This document shows positions 41,995 through 56,455 of a DNA stretch of 64,000 nucleotides, one piece after another; the first letter of the stretch is position 1; every line of letters begins with the position of its first letter. The translations under genes were made by a program, and so were the position numbers. The notes beneath the pieces were generated by a model, which saw only the letters and a list, made by a program, of their open reading frames with translations, did no database searches and was not told the origin of the DNA. The DNA comes from Eledone cirrhosa (lineage: Eukaryota): NCBI GenBank assembly GCA_964016885.1, contig OZ024747.1:63488001-63552000 (forward strand). The letters run 5' to 3'.

Positions 41995-42365
41995 AAATAG
42001 AAAACGAAAAATCAGTGATGAATCTGAACTCAATTTATTGTGTGTTACAATTGTTTCCCCAGCGGACAGCTTGAGACGCGATCATTGTGTGGATCTGTCT
42101 GATTCTGGACCCGCAGGGTTGACAGACACGTCTAATGATTTCGGAGCATATTCTCTCACTCTATATATAATCATTTAATCGGTAAAAAGGCTCTCAGTCC
42201 ACACTGTAAATGTGGTTGGTGTTAGGAAGGGCATCCAGCTATAAAAAAACCTGCCAGAGACACTTCTGTGGGAGCAAGACACAGTCTCCCAACCATTCCC
42301 GTATCAAATGGTGCAAAACCGTCTAACCCATGCTAGCGTGGAAGATGGATGTTAAACGATGATGA

Positions 42366-42410
<45 letters not shown>

Positions 42411-42980
42411 AAAAAAGGAAAAGAATGACTTTACTTGACTAAACAATTTAATTTTATAATATTATAATTTTACAATTTGGTTTTGTAGATCTAGTAAGTC
42501 CTTTGTTAACTTTGGTGGGAAAATGTTTTGCCAACACAAGAGCAAGAATGAGGGGCTCATTCTACTGACATGGCTTTAAAAATGAAGCGTTTTTGCATAA
42601 TTGCAAACAAATCGAATATTATTATTAATATTCAAAAAACTCAGATTACATATATATATATTTATACACAGCCATATATATATACACACACACACATATA
42701 TATATATGTATACACATATATAAGCACAAATTCATTGTATGTATATATATATATATATATATATACATACAGATACACAGATATTTCTGAAGACGGCGGG
42801 TAGTGAAGGTGTATGTATTTTTTCTTACTATGATATTTTGTAATATTTTACATAGATCAATAATTGAATGGACATATGGGGAACTACCCCCCCCCCCCCG
42901 AAACGATCGTAAAATAATGAGTTTTACTATGAATTAACCGTTTTGTGTTTAATTTCATTGTTTTAATATTTCTATTCTAT

Positions 42981-43582
<602 letters not shown>

Positions 43583-44230
43583 AAGATTTTGTGCATATAT
43601 ATATCGTGTGTGTGTCTGTCTGTGCCTTATTAAAGGAATACCTCACATAACATAGCACCAAATGCTACATGGTCGCACAAACAATGCCCTCCCCATATGT
43701 ACCAACAAAAAAAAGAAAGAAACATACAAGTGGAAAAGAAAGTTTATGTTGCAATGAACTAGCCGCATAATATCTATATCAATGAAAATTTAAGCTAGCT
43801 ACTGTTGTTTCATAAGTTATCCATAAAAGATCAAACCTTTATTATGTTTACACACTCACTCGAACACATATTAAAGGAGTCAATAATATGTGGCTTACTC
43901 TCATAATATTGTCAAAGGAAACGTCTATACAGTGTTTATTAAAACAGAAACCAGATAGACATTTTCGCATGTGTGACAATAGGCAATACTGGAACACTAC
44001 ATATAGAATAAATATGAAACTAAAATACTAAAATGCTCTCCACTACAGGCATGGCTGTATGGTTAAGGAGTTTGTTTCACAACTTCATGGTTCTGTTTTC
44101 ATTTCCACTGTACAAGACCTTGGGCAAGTGTGTCTTCTACTATAACCTCGGGTTGACTCATACGTTGTGCATGCAGTTTCATAGATGGAAATTATAGAAG
44201 CTTATTGTATATATGTATACATAAACATAT

Positions 44231-44426
44231 AAATTTGAAAATGTATTAATCCCAAACACAGAAAATAACTCTAATAACAGTTGGTCACTATAAATAATAG
44301 CTTAGAAAATTGGTTAAAATACTTCTATAGAGGTATTTTTTACCCAATTTTCTAGCCTGATATTTATAGCACCAGACTGTTATTATAGTTAATTTTTACA
44401 TTTGGGATTCCCACATTTTCAAATTT
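44231..44426. repeat. Degenerate fold-back hairpin centred near 44327
   Basis: aaatttgaaaatgt..aatcccaaa / tttgggatt..acattttcaaattt; tagaaaattgg / ccaattttcta. Confidence 0.75.
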
Positions 44427-44794
44427 CAAGTCATCCAGCACTTCAATAATTTATAAAATTTATATATATATATAGTGATTGTGTAGGTGTCATGACAAAA
44501 AGCACTCAGTCCACACTGTAAATCTGGTTGGTGTTAAGAAGGGCATCCAGCTGTGGAAACCAAGCCCAAATCAGTTCTGTATGAGCAAAACATGATCACC
44601 TGACCCGACATTTCTCACAACAAGACAATTTTTCTAACCCATACTAGCATAGAAAATGGATGTTAAATGGTGACGAGGATAATGATGATGATATATATAT
44701 ATAGAGAGAGAGTTTCTCTATCCTCTGAAAATATAATTTTGTTTGAGGACCCTATGAGTACACAGGAGAAACGCCAGAGCAACTCAAGCTTGGA

Positions 44795-46192
44795 TTTAAT
44801 AAAGATATATTAATCTCTATTATGTTATTGAATACTCCTTCTCATTGCCAGCAATACTAAGTGACAAGTCAATATGTAAATATGTGTTTCTGTGTTCTGT
44901 CATTTAATAGTTTGATAAAAATATGAACAATAGAAATATGCACTAGGCTTAAAAAATAAGTAGTGAGGTTGATATGATAAACTAAAAAAAGAAAATGCCA
45001 CAGCATGGTCGCAGTCTAATGACTGAACCAATAAAAGACTAACAGTATCACAGCTAAACACTTAAAGGAAGAAAAAACAAAACAGTTTCCAAAACCATTT
45101 GTGACAACATAGCAATGTATTAGAATAGCTTCAAAACAATTGTTCTCCCTTTTTTTCTCTCTAGAACTATCAAACTAACATGTAAAGGAATTATGCATCA
45201 TATAAAAGGTTCAACAACAACATGCAATATTACTGTATAAATTGATGCATAAATATTAACTTTAGTAGAGCATGATCACAGACCCCAATACCATTTCCTT
45301 AATTCTTTGGAATTCCCAAGCACATTATAGCAAAAATTACCAAAGCAAAATTCTATTATTCTAAGATCTTGACTGCACATTGCATTACAATGGTGATTAG
45401 ATTAACAGAGACATATATATCTCAGCAGAACTACAAGATGATCAGGTGCATGTATTTGGGTTTCACAATTTATTGATCAGATTCACAATCCCAAAGCCTA
45501 CTAGAGTTCTTACTTATTACTGCTGTTTTTTTTTTTGTTACAACTCTCACATACACAGGCTTCACTAGTGTCCCTTGAAGTTACATCTCATGGGGGAGTA
45601 TCTATGGTGTATTAATGACACGGTCCCCAGTACTATTATGTCACCATTGAAATGAGGTGGGATGTTAAGTCATAATCCACAAAGCTGGAACACACACTGT
45701 AAATCATCCCAGCAGATACTCTAACAATTTTGTTAAATCAACTCCTCCCCACACTCACTCACATGCCCACCTTAACTGCCACTTAAGTTATCAACATTGC
45801 AAGAATGAAAGATAAAGTTGACTTTGAGCAAGATTTAAACTCAGAGCACAGAGATTTAACCCTTTTGACACTAAACTGCCAGATTTTATGTTAACTTACT
45901 CAAGCTTGTCTTTAATAAAGAATATATTAATCTCTATTATGTTATTGAATACATGTTCTCATGGCCAGTAATAATAAGTGGCAAGTGAATATGTAAATAT
46001 GTGTTTCTGTGTTCTGCAATTTAATGGTTTAATAAAAATATGAACAATAAAACTATCCCCTAGGATTGAAAAATAAGTACTGAGATTGATATGATAAACT
46101 AAATAAAAAACAGTGCCACAGCATGGTTGCAGTCTAATGACTGAACCAGCAAAAGACTAAAAGAATAACAGAATCACAGTTAAACACTTAAA
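44795..46192 (+). repeat. Local direct duplication of about 270 bp (44795-45066 and 45911-46192)
   Basis: atattaatctctattatgttattgaatac ... aatatgtaaatatgtgtttctgtgttctg ... gcagtctaatgactgaacca ... taaacacttaaag occur twice. Confidence 0.85.
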
Positions 46193-47709
46193 GAATCTTT
46201 TACATTATCCATCTCATTATACATAGGATTGGCAGTATCAATAGAGTGTTGGACACCATGCTTCACAACATTGAGTTATGACTCTTTATATTCTGAGTTC
46301 AAATCCCGAGGTTACTGTTGCCTTTCATCCTCATGGGGTCAATAAAATAAAGTACCAGTAATGCACTGGAGTCAATTTAATCGACTTTTCCCTCCCCTTC
46401 AAATTACTGGCCTTGTGCCTATAGTAAAAATAATTATTTACATTATTCATAATGATATTTATGACATTATTTACATTATCTACAATATCAACAACAAAAT
46501 ATATATTTTCTACATTATTTACTGCATTAGCTATAACAATATTTATGACATTATATACATTATCTACAACATTATCAACAAAATATATATTACCTACATT
46601 ATTTACAGGATTATCTCCAACAATAACTGTATTATCTCCAGCATTACAATGCTATCTTCCAAATTATTGCTAAAAATATTATCAACTACAATAACTATAT
46701 TAATTAAAACAGTATTTATAATACTATCTTCCAAATTATTTTAAATAAATATTATCTACAACATTACCTACACCATTTATGACAGTATTTATAAAAATAT
46801 CTACAGCAGCCTTATTTACAACATTTTCTACAAGAATATGTAAATTATCTCCAACATTATCTCTAACATTACCTATATAATATATAGAGTGGTAGATTAA
46901 CACTATCAGTAGTGTCGGAGAACATATATAGTTACTGTTCTTTATGTTCTTTATGTTCTGAGTTCAAAGCCCACCAAGCTTAGCATTAATTTTCGTCTTT
47001 ACGGGGTCAATAAAATAAAATACCAGTAACACACTGGAGTCTATTTAATCAATTTTTCCCTCCCCAAAAATTGTTGATCATATGTCTAAATCAGAAACCA
47101 TTATCTACATGATTTATAACAATATTTTCTCATATCATCTAGAAAATTGTTTGCAACAAATATTATTAACTAAAATTATAATTACACACAACTTAATGAA
47201 ATCATTTTTAATGTTATGATTCTTTTTTTTGCGAAATGTTTTGTTTTCGTTTATATTACATCGTTTTTTTAATTTTTTATATCCATTTAATATTTCAATG
47301 TAAGAATAATAATGGAACATATGAGCAAATTGTTGTTCTTTGACCTGTCTAGCCTCAAATTATTGTGACCTTTATAACCCATGAGAGCATGGAGAGTTGG
47401 AAAGGGGAAATAAAACAATGGTGATTATAGTGATGATAGTGATGGTGGATGTTAGGATTTTATTTGATTTCCATTAAAAATAAAATGCAAACATATTAAT
47501 CAAATTAAAAATTTGACGGAAATTAATTTTTAAATATAAAAAATGTAAAATAGTTTAAAACTAAAACCGACTAAAATAGGAACTGGTAATTTCCGAAAAT
47601 CATACCATATTGCTACAATTAGCCAAGGAATGTTGTAATTTTCAGTAGAAAACATTTGTAAAACATTCATCTCATTCACTCACAAGTCGAGTTTCCTTGA
47701 TTCAATGAA

Positions 47710-48036
47710 CTGTGTACTCTTTCCATTTGTCTCAATCTAGCATTATCACTCCAAGATCTGTTAAATTTCCTCCTGTGTCAGCATATAGCACATCCAGATA
47801 TGTTGTTGCAGGATGACCTCTACTTCTCTTCTATGACCATGAGCAAGCTTCCATAAAAGAACACAGCTGACACACTCGTTTTTTGCCCTGTAACAATGTT
47901 TCACAAAACGCATCCTTCTTAGATGAACAATATCTGACATGGGAGAACTATGTAGAGTTCTCCATTTGTGACTCTCTGTCTCCATATTATGTCGAAAGCG
48001 TGTCTCAGGAGTCTCATGTAACAGGCATAAAAGCAT
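47710..48036 (-). mobile_element. Old RTE/RTE-X LINE C-terminal fragment
   Basis: SDIVHLRRMRFVKHCYRAKNECVSCVLLWKLAHGHRR resembles the RR(L/M)RFAGHC.R...LLW.P..G.R motif. Confidence 0.65.
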
Positions 48037-51000
48037 TCATAAAATCGTAAAAATCCACTAAAAGAATTCATAACACTGATTAGTATTTTATACAAATTTG
48101 GTGAATTGAAAATTGATAAATAAATAAAAATACAACAGCATCAAGAAATGTTTTAAGGCTATTTTCCCTGCCAGGCCATTTTAATTTTATGTAAACAAAT
48201 GCTATTGAAATTTAAAATGTTCATGAATCATATGGACAGATTTTCAAACCTCCTATCGAGTTAACTGAGGGGGAATTGTCTCCTACATAAAAAAACAGAT
48301 AGTTGCTTCTTCACCTCATCAGCCACCTTGCTTCATGCAATTTCATGCATTAAAGGAGCTTGTAAAGGAGCTTGTAATTCCAGTTTGCACAATAGATTGG
48401 AGAACCACTTTATTGGTAGGATGCATGTGAGATAGTAACAAAACAAAGAATAGACAGGAAAACTTACGAGTGTAAAATAGAGATAAATACCAAAAAATTA
48501 ATTGCTACAAATAAATAGATTATGGGCTTAGAATATAAAAAGTGCAACACATTAATGCTGGAAAGATTTAAAAATTTGACTTTAGTCAGAATAATGTGGT
48601 CAGGCTGCAGAGGTGAAGAAACTATGTCTGGTAGCTACCAAAGGTGAGAGATAAAAGACAGAGGGATGTGTTAATGGGTACAGGGAGGAAAAAGACGAGA
48701 CAACTATAAGTCTATGTGTGTGTGTGTAAATATATAGATAGGTATGTTTTCTAAGCCTGCAGTGATTTGAGCTCAAATTTAATAGAGATGGTCATCATCA
48801 TCTCTGTTTAATGTCCATTTTTCCATGCTAGCATGGGTTAGACGAGTTGTCCTAATGTAAGAAATGCCTGATCAGGTGACCATGTTTTTTTCATACAGAA
48901 CTGATTTGGGCTTTGATTCTGCAACTGGATGTCCTTCCTAATGCCAACCACATTTAGTGTGTGCTGGGTGCTTTTTGTTGTCACAGCTACATGACCACTG
49001 TACACATTATACTATATCCACCTGACCATATGACTTCTAAAGATATATAGATATTCCATCACTAGCTTGATAGAACTCATAGCACAAATTTACTGTAAAC
49101 TATTTAGTAACACTGTATGTGTGACTAATGGGATGGTAGGATAAATAACAGTGAGCTATAAGATATTTTACTAGAGAACTGATACAATTGTCAGATTATT
49201 TATAGCTATTCCATGTCAAAGAACAACAAAAAATGGATTCACACACACTACAAAGGATTATTTTATGGTTATTCAAAAGTATTTATTTTTTGCATGATAG
49301 CATGACCACAGTCCAATGACTGAAACCAGTAAAATAATAAAAGGATAAAAAATATTCTGTGATATCTTGTCAACAATTTATACCCCATAATAATGGAATG
49401 TTTCTTTGAGTAGCTGCAAACCTTCTACATTATGTTCAGTTGGAATCAGAATCCTGTTTCGATTATTTTTATTTATTAGGCAGGCATTGAGGAGGTTATG
49501 GTTGTGTTGTGGCCCTTAGAAAGGCTTACTCTAGTTTGTCTGAATGACAACAACAAAAAAAAGGTTTCTATTTTTTCCCATTCATACTTGATGTTTGAAT
49601 GGTTAATGGTAAAAAGAGCATCCAGCTGTGAAACCAATTGCTTCAACAAAACCATCCCATCCATACAAGTAAAACAAAATTGTTATAAAATAGTAAAAGA
49701 TATGAAACAAGTATATATATTTTTCCATATAACTAGAAGTCTTTTATACTTGCAGTAGTTATATAATTCTGTAAATTCAAGCACCAACACATAGAAAGAT
49801 TTTTTTAGAAACTCATTCTTATTCATTTGATACTGTGGAAACGATCAAGTTCTCTCTTATGAATGAGGAGGAAAGTTATCATAAAATCCATTTGTAAACT
49901 TTCAACTCAACAAAGTTGAACCTAGCTCTAGGATATCTGATTCAAGTGTATCCTCTCTATATAGTTTTCAGTCATTCATGCATAACTTTCAAGTTATAAA
50001 ATAAAGACAAGTGGCCTAGTGGTTCGAGTGTTGGAATCATGATCATAAGATCATTGACTGGATTTCTGAAACATTGTGTTCTTCAGTAAGACGCTTCATG
50101 TCACATTGCTTTTCATAAATTGATTGGGACTCTTATCAATAAAATACCTGGGAAATCTTTTACGAAATACAAACTTGTAAGAGGCCCACTGGACTTGCAT
50201 ATGTGTGAACTATTAATTTAATTTAATTTAAAAAAATAAAAATAAAGCAGGCTATACCTATCATCATCATCACCACTACCATCACTACTTTTATGATGGA
50301 ATTACAATTAATTAATGAAGAGGTTTGATAGATTTTCAAACACTATTAATTATCTTATTGTTCTCAGAGTGTAACTTAACATATAGTTCTTATATGTTGG
50401 AAGATATCAATTTTAAATAAAACCCTTTAAAGTGGGTGGTTTTGTTTTATAAAACCAGAGTTGGTTTTAACTAGGCTGTTATCAAACCCTTTATCATTTA
50501 AACTGGCTGTATCCGGCCAGAACTATCTCACCTCTTTCTGTTCAAACTGGTTGTACCCTGTTGTTCATACCTACATTAACATATTGTTCTCAAAATAAAT
50601 AACATCAAAGTCTCATGGTTTCGATATTATGTGAGATAATTATGTGGGGTAAAGTCTTTACCATGAAAACATAATAGTAAATATAGAGTAATATAAATGC
50701 TAAAAGTCTAAAACAGGAAGTTTATGTCATGGAATTAATGACAATTTCAGGAAAGCTGATGTCAAAAGGGTTAAGAAAACATAATATGTAACCTATTGTT
50801 TGTTATTGTGAAAACATTTTTATAGCTATGCCATCTAATGAAGTGTTCTATTTGTTTCCTAATTAGATTATACTAAGTTGATACACCAAAGAGACTTTAA
50901 CTAGAAAACATAAAACATTTCATTGCTTACTGATTGCATCTGCATCACTGACTTTCTAATCATGAATTATAGCTCAACTGGAAAAACTTAGAGTACTTTG

Positions 51001-51357
51001 TAATTTCTTATTTGGAGAGATCTTTATTGCATCACCATCATCATCATCGTCACCACCAACACCACCAGTTAACATTTGTTTTTTCTATACTAGCATGGGT
51101 TGCCAAATCAGTACTTTATCTAAGTCACTTTTATTCCAAACAGATGGAGCTCCACATTTAGCATACATTTCAGTTTTCTCATGGGTTCTATAAATAGATG
51201 CCCTTCCCATCATCAACCACTCTACAGTATTGAGTGCATTTTATCATGGCACCAACATTAGGGACATATTCATGTCCTTGATGAAATTGAAGGGTCCTCT
51301 CAACCCTTTGTATCACATATATATATATGTGTGTGTCTCTGTGTGTGTATATATATA

Positions 51358-51747
51358 TATATTAATAAAAGGAATTCCAACTTAGTCTGATTTACTCGTT
51401 TTATTTACAATCCTTTAAAATTTATAATGGTATTAGAATGAAATAGTATGGTAGAATATTAAATGTTAAGTGTTAATTGAACAAGTACTTTCATGCTTTC
51501 GCAATCTTCAGGTTCATATTGTGTGGTGACAGTCAAGTTTGCAATTTTCACAGTTGAAAATTGCAAACTTGACTGTCACCACACAATATGAACCTGAAGA
51601 TTGCGAAAGCATGAAAGTACTTGTTCAATTAACACTTAACATTTAATATTCTACCATACTATTTCATTCTAATACCATTATAAATTTTAAAGGATTGTAA
51701 ATAAAACGAGTAAATCAGACAAAGTTGGAATTCCTTTTATTAATATA
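51358..51747. repeat. Near-perfect 390-bp palindrome: 193-bp arms, 4-nt loop (cagt), one mismatch seen
   Basis: 51358-51550 is the reverse complement of 51555-51747; preceded by (TA)n, followed by a 65-bp tail and (TA)n. Confidence 0.95.
51589..51627 (+). ncRNA. Minimal type I hammerhead ribozyme motif (mirror copy 51478-51516 on minus)
   Basis: UGAAC-CUGAAGA-U-UGC-GAAA-GCA-U-GAAA-GUAC-UU-GUUCA; stem I UGAAC/GUUCA, GNRA-capped stem II, palindromic stem III. Confidence 0.82.
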
Positions 51748-51906
51748 ATCTTCTATACACAATCATACACACCCGTGTATATTTAACATCTATCTTTCAC
51801 GCTAGCAAGGGTTATATATATATATACATCATCATCATCATCATCATCATCATACGTCCATCTTCCACGCTTGCATGGGTTTGGAATATATATATATATA
51901 TATATA

Positions 51907-52089
51907 TTTCACTGTATTTTTTGACTAAAGAAATTTTAGTCTGATAATGGGGTTTAGAACCCTCCAGATAAATGGAAAAAGATGAGTATTGACGTACATG
52001 TATGTCAATACTCATCTTTTTCCATTTATCTGATGGTTCTAAACCCCATTATCAGACTAAAATTTCTTTATTAAAAAAATACAGTGAAA
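51907..52089. repeat. Loopless palindrome (about 91-bp arms) plus 50-bp tail between (TA)n tracts
   Basis: tttcactgtatttttt...gatgagtattgac pairs with gtcaatactcatc...aaaaaatacagtgaaa; centre tacatgta at 51995-52002. Confidence 0.9.
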
Positions 52090-52160
52090 GCTATTCTATT
52101 TTCTAATTTCAAACCTGGTCACTGTTTCAAAACATATTTACATATATATATATATATATA

Positions 52161-52288
52161 TCCTGTCTCTATTTCTATACTCCTGAAGAAGGGTTAAAGC
52201 TCGACACGTTAAACTTTCTTTCACCTTTTCCATATAAAGTGTGAAACTAATAAGACGTTTTGTACCTCCGTTTGTCTTTTTCATGAAC

Positions 52289-52292
<4 letters not shown>
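52161..52292 (+). mobile_element. Short Penelope-like terminus with degenerate hammerhead between (TA)n tracts
   Basis: CUGAAGA-AGGG-UUAAAG-CUC-GACA-CGUUAAA, same layout as the 18578 motif but GAAA changed to GACA. Confidence 0.5.
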
Positions 52293-52352
<60 letters not shown>

Positions 52353-52804
52353 ACTGTTATATCAACATAAATACAGTGTGTAACTGAGAGTACACCAATG
52401 TGTATAAATATGTACACATAACTAATTTGTAGCCAGAAAATACAAATTTCCCTGTAAATTGAGAAAATGATAAACACTTTTAATTGATTTTCAGATCTAA
52501 TTGGATCAGGTGTGTATAACATCAGTCAAACACAAGGAAACATATATATATGATATATTTGATGGGGCATACTAATTTGGACATATTCAATGCTTGTGCT
52601 GGTAATTTATTATTTATATGCAAATTAGTGTGTCCATTTCAGAATAATACTAAGAGCATATGGGTGTATATATACCTATCAAATACCTTTTTTAAATAAT
52701 ACCTGTCATAATAAATTTATCTAAGATCTTTTACATTCTAAATATTTCAATAATGAAAAATTTAGTTATATTAAATAATTATCATAATAATAATAATAAT
52801 AATA

Positions 52805-55243
52805 ATGTTTGACAACAACCAGAAGATGCTCAGAACCGCATGTTTGACAACAACAACCAGAAGATGCTGTTTGGACAGCTTGAAGGGAAAGAAAGAGGCA
52901 ACGACTTGATCCCTGAGGCGGAACAAATTAAGACATTCTGGAGAGGAATATGGGAGCAAGATGTTAAACATAATGATCAGGCAGTGTGGATTGAGACAGT
53001 ACAAAAGGAGATTAGTGAACAGGCACACCAACAAACTGATTTGAGTATCACAGTCGAAACTCTTAAGGGGCAGGCCAAAAAACTAACCAACTGGAAATCA
53101 CCAGGCCCAGATGGTATGCAGGGGTATTGGATTAAAAATATAACATCCCTCCACCCGAAACTGACAACCATGTTCAATGACTGCTTGATGTCAGGTGAGG
53201 TACCAGAGTGGTTGACAAAAGGTACCACAGTTCTGGTAATGAAAGACCGAATCAAGGGTAATGATGTTACCAACTATAGACCTATCACATGTCTGTCCAT
53301 AATGTGGAAACTGTTGACAAGCATTATGACTGAGGAAATCTACCATCCCCTCCACACAAACAACTTGTTACCGGACGAACAGAAAGGATGGCAAAAGAAG
53401 TCCCGTGGTACAAAGGACCAGTTACTTATTGATAAGATGGTAATGAGGAATTGCAAGAGGAGACACACTGGTCTTGCCATGGGATGGATAGACTACAAAA
53501 AGGCATTTGACATGGTGCCTCATTCTTGGATCACCAAAAGCCTAGAGATCTTCAAGGTGGCAGATAACATCAGACAGTTGTTGGGCAAAAGTATGAAGTC
53601 CTGGAAAAAAGAGTTAACATCAGCTGGAGAATCTTTGGGAGGCGTGAAGATCAAGAGAGGTATCTTCCAGGGAGATAGTCTGTCCCCTCTGTTGTTTGTC
53701 CTTGCCTTGATGCCACTGACCATTATACTGCGAAAAGTGAGAGCAGGATACAAGTTGGGAAAGGGAGAGCTTACCATCATTCACCTCCTCTTCATGGACG
53801 ATCTTAAGCTCTTCGGGAAGAGTGAGAAGGAGTTGGATGTGCTTGTTGACACTGTCCGTATTTTCAGCAATGATATACGTATGCAATTTGGTATTAGTAA
53901 GTGTGGAGTCCTTGTGATGAAGAGGGGTAAATTGAGCAGAAGCAACGGAATCCAGGTACCAACAGGTGAGATGATAAAGGAAATTGACACTGAAGAAGGA
54001 TACAAGTATTTGGGTGTTCTGGAGGCTGATGACATCAAGAACAAAAAAAATGAAGGAATTGATAAGATCTGAATACATTTGGAGAGTAAGGAGCGTATTA
54101 AAGTCACATCTGAACAGTAGGAATGCCATAAGCGCAGTAAATTCCCGAGCTGTGTCTATTATTAGGTATAGTGCAGGAATTCTGAGATGTAATGTTGCTG
54201 AACAAAAAGAAATGGATAGGAAGACGAGGAAGCTATTGACTATCTACAACATGTTCCACAAGAGGAGTGATGTCGATAGACTCTACTTAAGGAGATCTGA
54301 AGGTGGAAGAGGACTGTGTTCAGATTGAGAAAAACAACCTACACAAATACGTGACTGATAGTAAGGAGCCAATGCTCAGAATTGTACTGAAGGAGAGGAC
54401 AATAGACCAGGGGATGTCCAAGGAGGAAATAACAACAAGGAGAAAGAGCAGCCTTCATGAAAAATCCCTTTATAGTACCTTCTTTGAGAAAACTGAATTC
54501 AGAGATGCACAGACATGGAACTGGTTGAAAAGAGAAGACCTTAAAAAGGCTACAGAAGGAATGCTAATGGCTGCTCAAAACGAAGTGGTTGAAACACCAT
54601 ATTTACAAGGAGGAGGCTAGCCCACTGTGGCTCACATTGTATCCGAGTGTAAACACCTAGCCCAGACTCACTATAAAGCCTGGAGACATGATGTGATGGG
54701 CAGGATGATCCACTGGCACCTATGCAAAGTAAACAATTTACCACATTCTGAGAAGTGGTATGAGCATAAGCCAGAGTCGGTGATAGAAAACGATCAGGTG
54801 AAGGTGCTGTGGGATTTTAGGATACAGACGGACAAGAAACTGGAACACAACAGACCTGACCTGGTGGATTTGGACAAGGAAAAAAGATCGTGCCTGTTTG
54901 TGGATGTGGCCTGCCCATTCGACACGAGAGTGCAAGAGAAGGAGAGGGAGAAAATTAACCAATACCAGGACTTAATGTGGGAGGTAAAAAGGATTTGGAA
55001 CTGCCATGAAGTCAAAGTGGTCCCAATTGTCATAGGTGCACTAGGTACTATCTCAAAAAGTTTTCAGGGATGGTTAAAGAAAATTGGCCCCGCCACGCTT
55101 TTTGGAACGCTTCAAAAGGCATGCTTGCTGGGAACAGCAATAACCCTCCGATACGTCCTGAATATCTGAGGCTGCAGGTAGTGACTTGATATTCATTTCA
55201 ACAAACTTTCCAATTAACTAACATCAATGACTGAGACTCAAAG
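52805..55243 (+). mobile_element. Dong/R4-like non-LTR retrotransposon family 1, 5'-truncated, inserted in (TAA)n
   Basis: RT followed by restriction-like endonuclease; TAA repeats at 52785-52806 and 55244-55256. Confidence 0.9.
52840..55169 (+). pseudogene. RT + partly deleted CCHC knuckle + PD-(D/E)xK restriction-like endonuclease, frameshifted
   Basis: NWKSPGPDG, NYRPITCL, WIDYKKAFDMVPH, GIFQGDSLSPLLF, LFMDDLKL, YKYLG, GGRGL; HIVSEC, RHD, LWDF, RPDLV...VDVACP; ORF pieces 52840-54072, 53984-54328, 54303-54620, 54627-55169. Confidence 0.92.
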
Positions 55244-55256
55244 AATAATAATAATA

Positions 55257-56012
55257 CTGCCAACAAAAAATTACCAAGCCAACATAATAAAAAATGGATG
55301 CAACCCATTATGCCGTGTATGTAAAAAAACAACCAGAGACCATTGATCATATAATTTCAATGTGCAGTCCTATAGCTCCAACCAAATACCTAAACAGGCA
55401 TGACAGAGCTGCACAATACATACATTGGATAATGTGTAAGCATTTTGACCTGCCCCATCAAAAGAATTGGGGGGAACAACAACCACCTCCCGCACTTGAA
55501 AAAGATCACATCTCAATCTTGTGGAACTTTAGCATCCAAACAGACCGAAAAATAGATGCAAATAGACCTTATATAATACTGAAGGACTTTAAAAAGAGGG
55601 TATGCCTGCTAATTGATATGTCCGTTCCAATAGACAAGAATGTATCTATAAAAACATTTGAAAATTTGAGCAAGGACCTGGAGATAGAAATTGGAAAAAT
55701 GTGGAAATTGAGAACTAAAACAATACCAGTGGTTGTAGGCACTCTAGGAATGATACCTAAGGGGTCTAATGATTACTTATCGCAAATCCCAGGAAACCCG
55801 CGTATTGGAGAAATACAAAAGATAGTACTAATGGGAACTGCCCATATACTAAGGAAGATTCTATCAATATAAGTACATCACAAGTCCTAAAGATGCATGT
55901 GTGTGTACGTATGTTCTTTCTTGAACATGGTGGACCTTGTTGTCTTTTGAGGTCATTGGTTGTGACTTGGTGATAACTTGTATGAACATAAAGCAAGATA
56001 AATGCAACTGTA
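55257..56012 (+). mobile_element. Dong/R4-like family 2, 3' fragment (CCHC + RLE)
   Basis: PLCRVC..QPETIDHIISMC, RHD, NRPYII...IDMSVP, LMGTAHILRKILSI; ORF 55294-55872; followed by (TAA)n. Confidence 0.88.
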
Positions 56013-56040
56013 ATAATAATAATAATAAAAATAATAATAA

Positions 56041-56455
56041 TTGACATGACCGTTTCTATAGAGAAGAATGTATCTATAAAAACATTTGAAAAATTGAGCA
56101 AATATAAAGACCTGGAAACAGGGATTGGAAAAATGTGAAAGTTGAGAACTAAAACAATACCAGTGGTTGTAGGTGCTCTAGGAATGATACCTACGGGGGG
56201 TGGGGAGGGGGGTCTAATGATTACTTATCCCAAATCCCTGGAAACCCACATATAGAAGAAATACAGATGATAGTACTAATGGGAACTGCCCATATACTAA
56301 GGAAGATTCTGTCAATATAAATACATCATAAGTGTAAACACTGTGTGTGTGTGTGTTTTCTTGAACATGGAGGACCTTGTTATCTCTTGAGGTCACTGAT
56401 TTTGGCTTGGAGATAACTCATTTGAACATAAAGCAAGATACATGAAAACATAATC
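56041..56455 (+). mobile_element. Dong/R4-like family 2, second shorter fragment
   Basis: Repeats about 55612-56005 with divergence. Confidence 0.85.

Noticed and set aside
41700-42170. CpG-containing segments on both sides of a (TA)n(GA)n tract, with gaaacaattgta and ctccgaaa on minus
   Set aside because: Suggestive of further Penelope-like termini, but no CUGANGA core or second copy was found, so not called.
44795-46192. Pair of LTRs
   Set aside because: No TG...CA ends, primer-binding site, polypurine tract or coding interior; the repeat includes a SINE-like tail and fits a local duplication.
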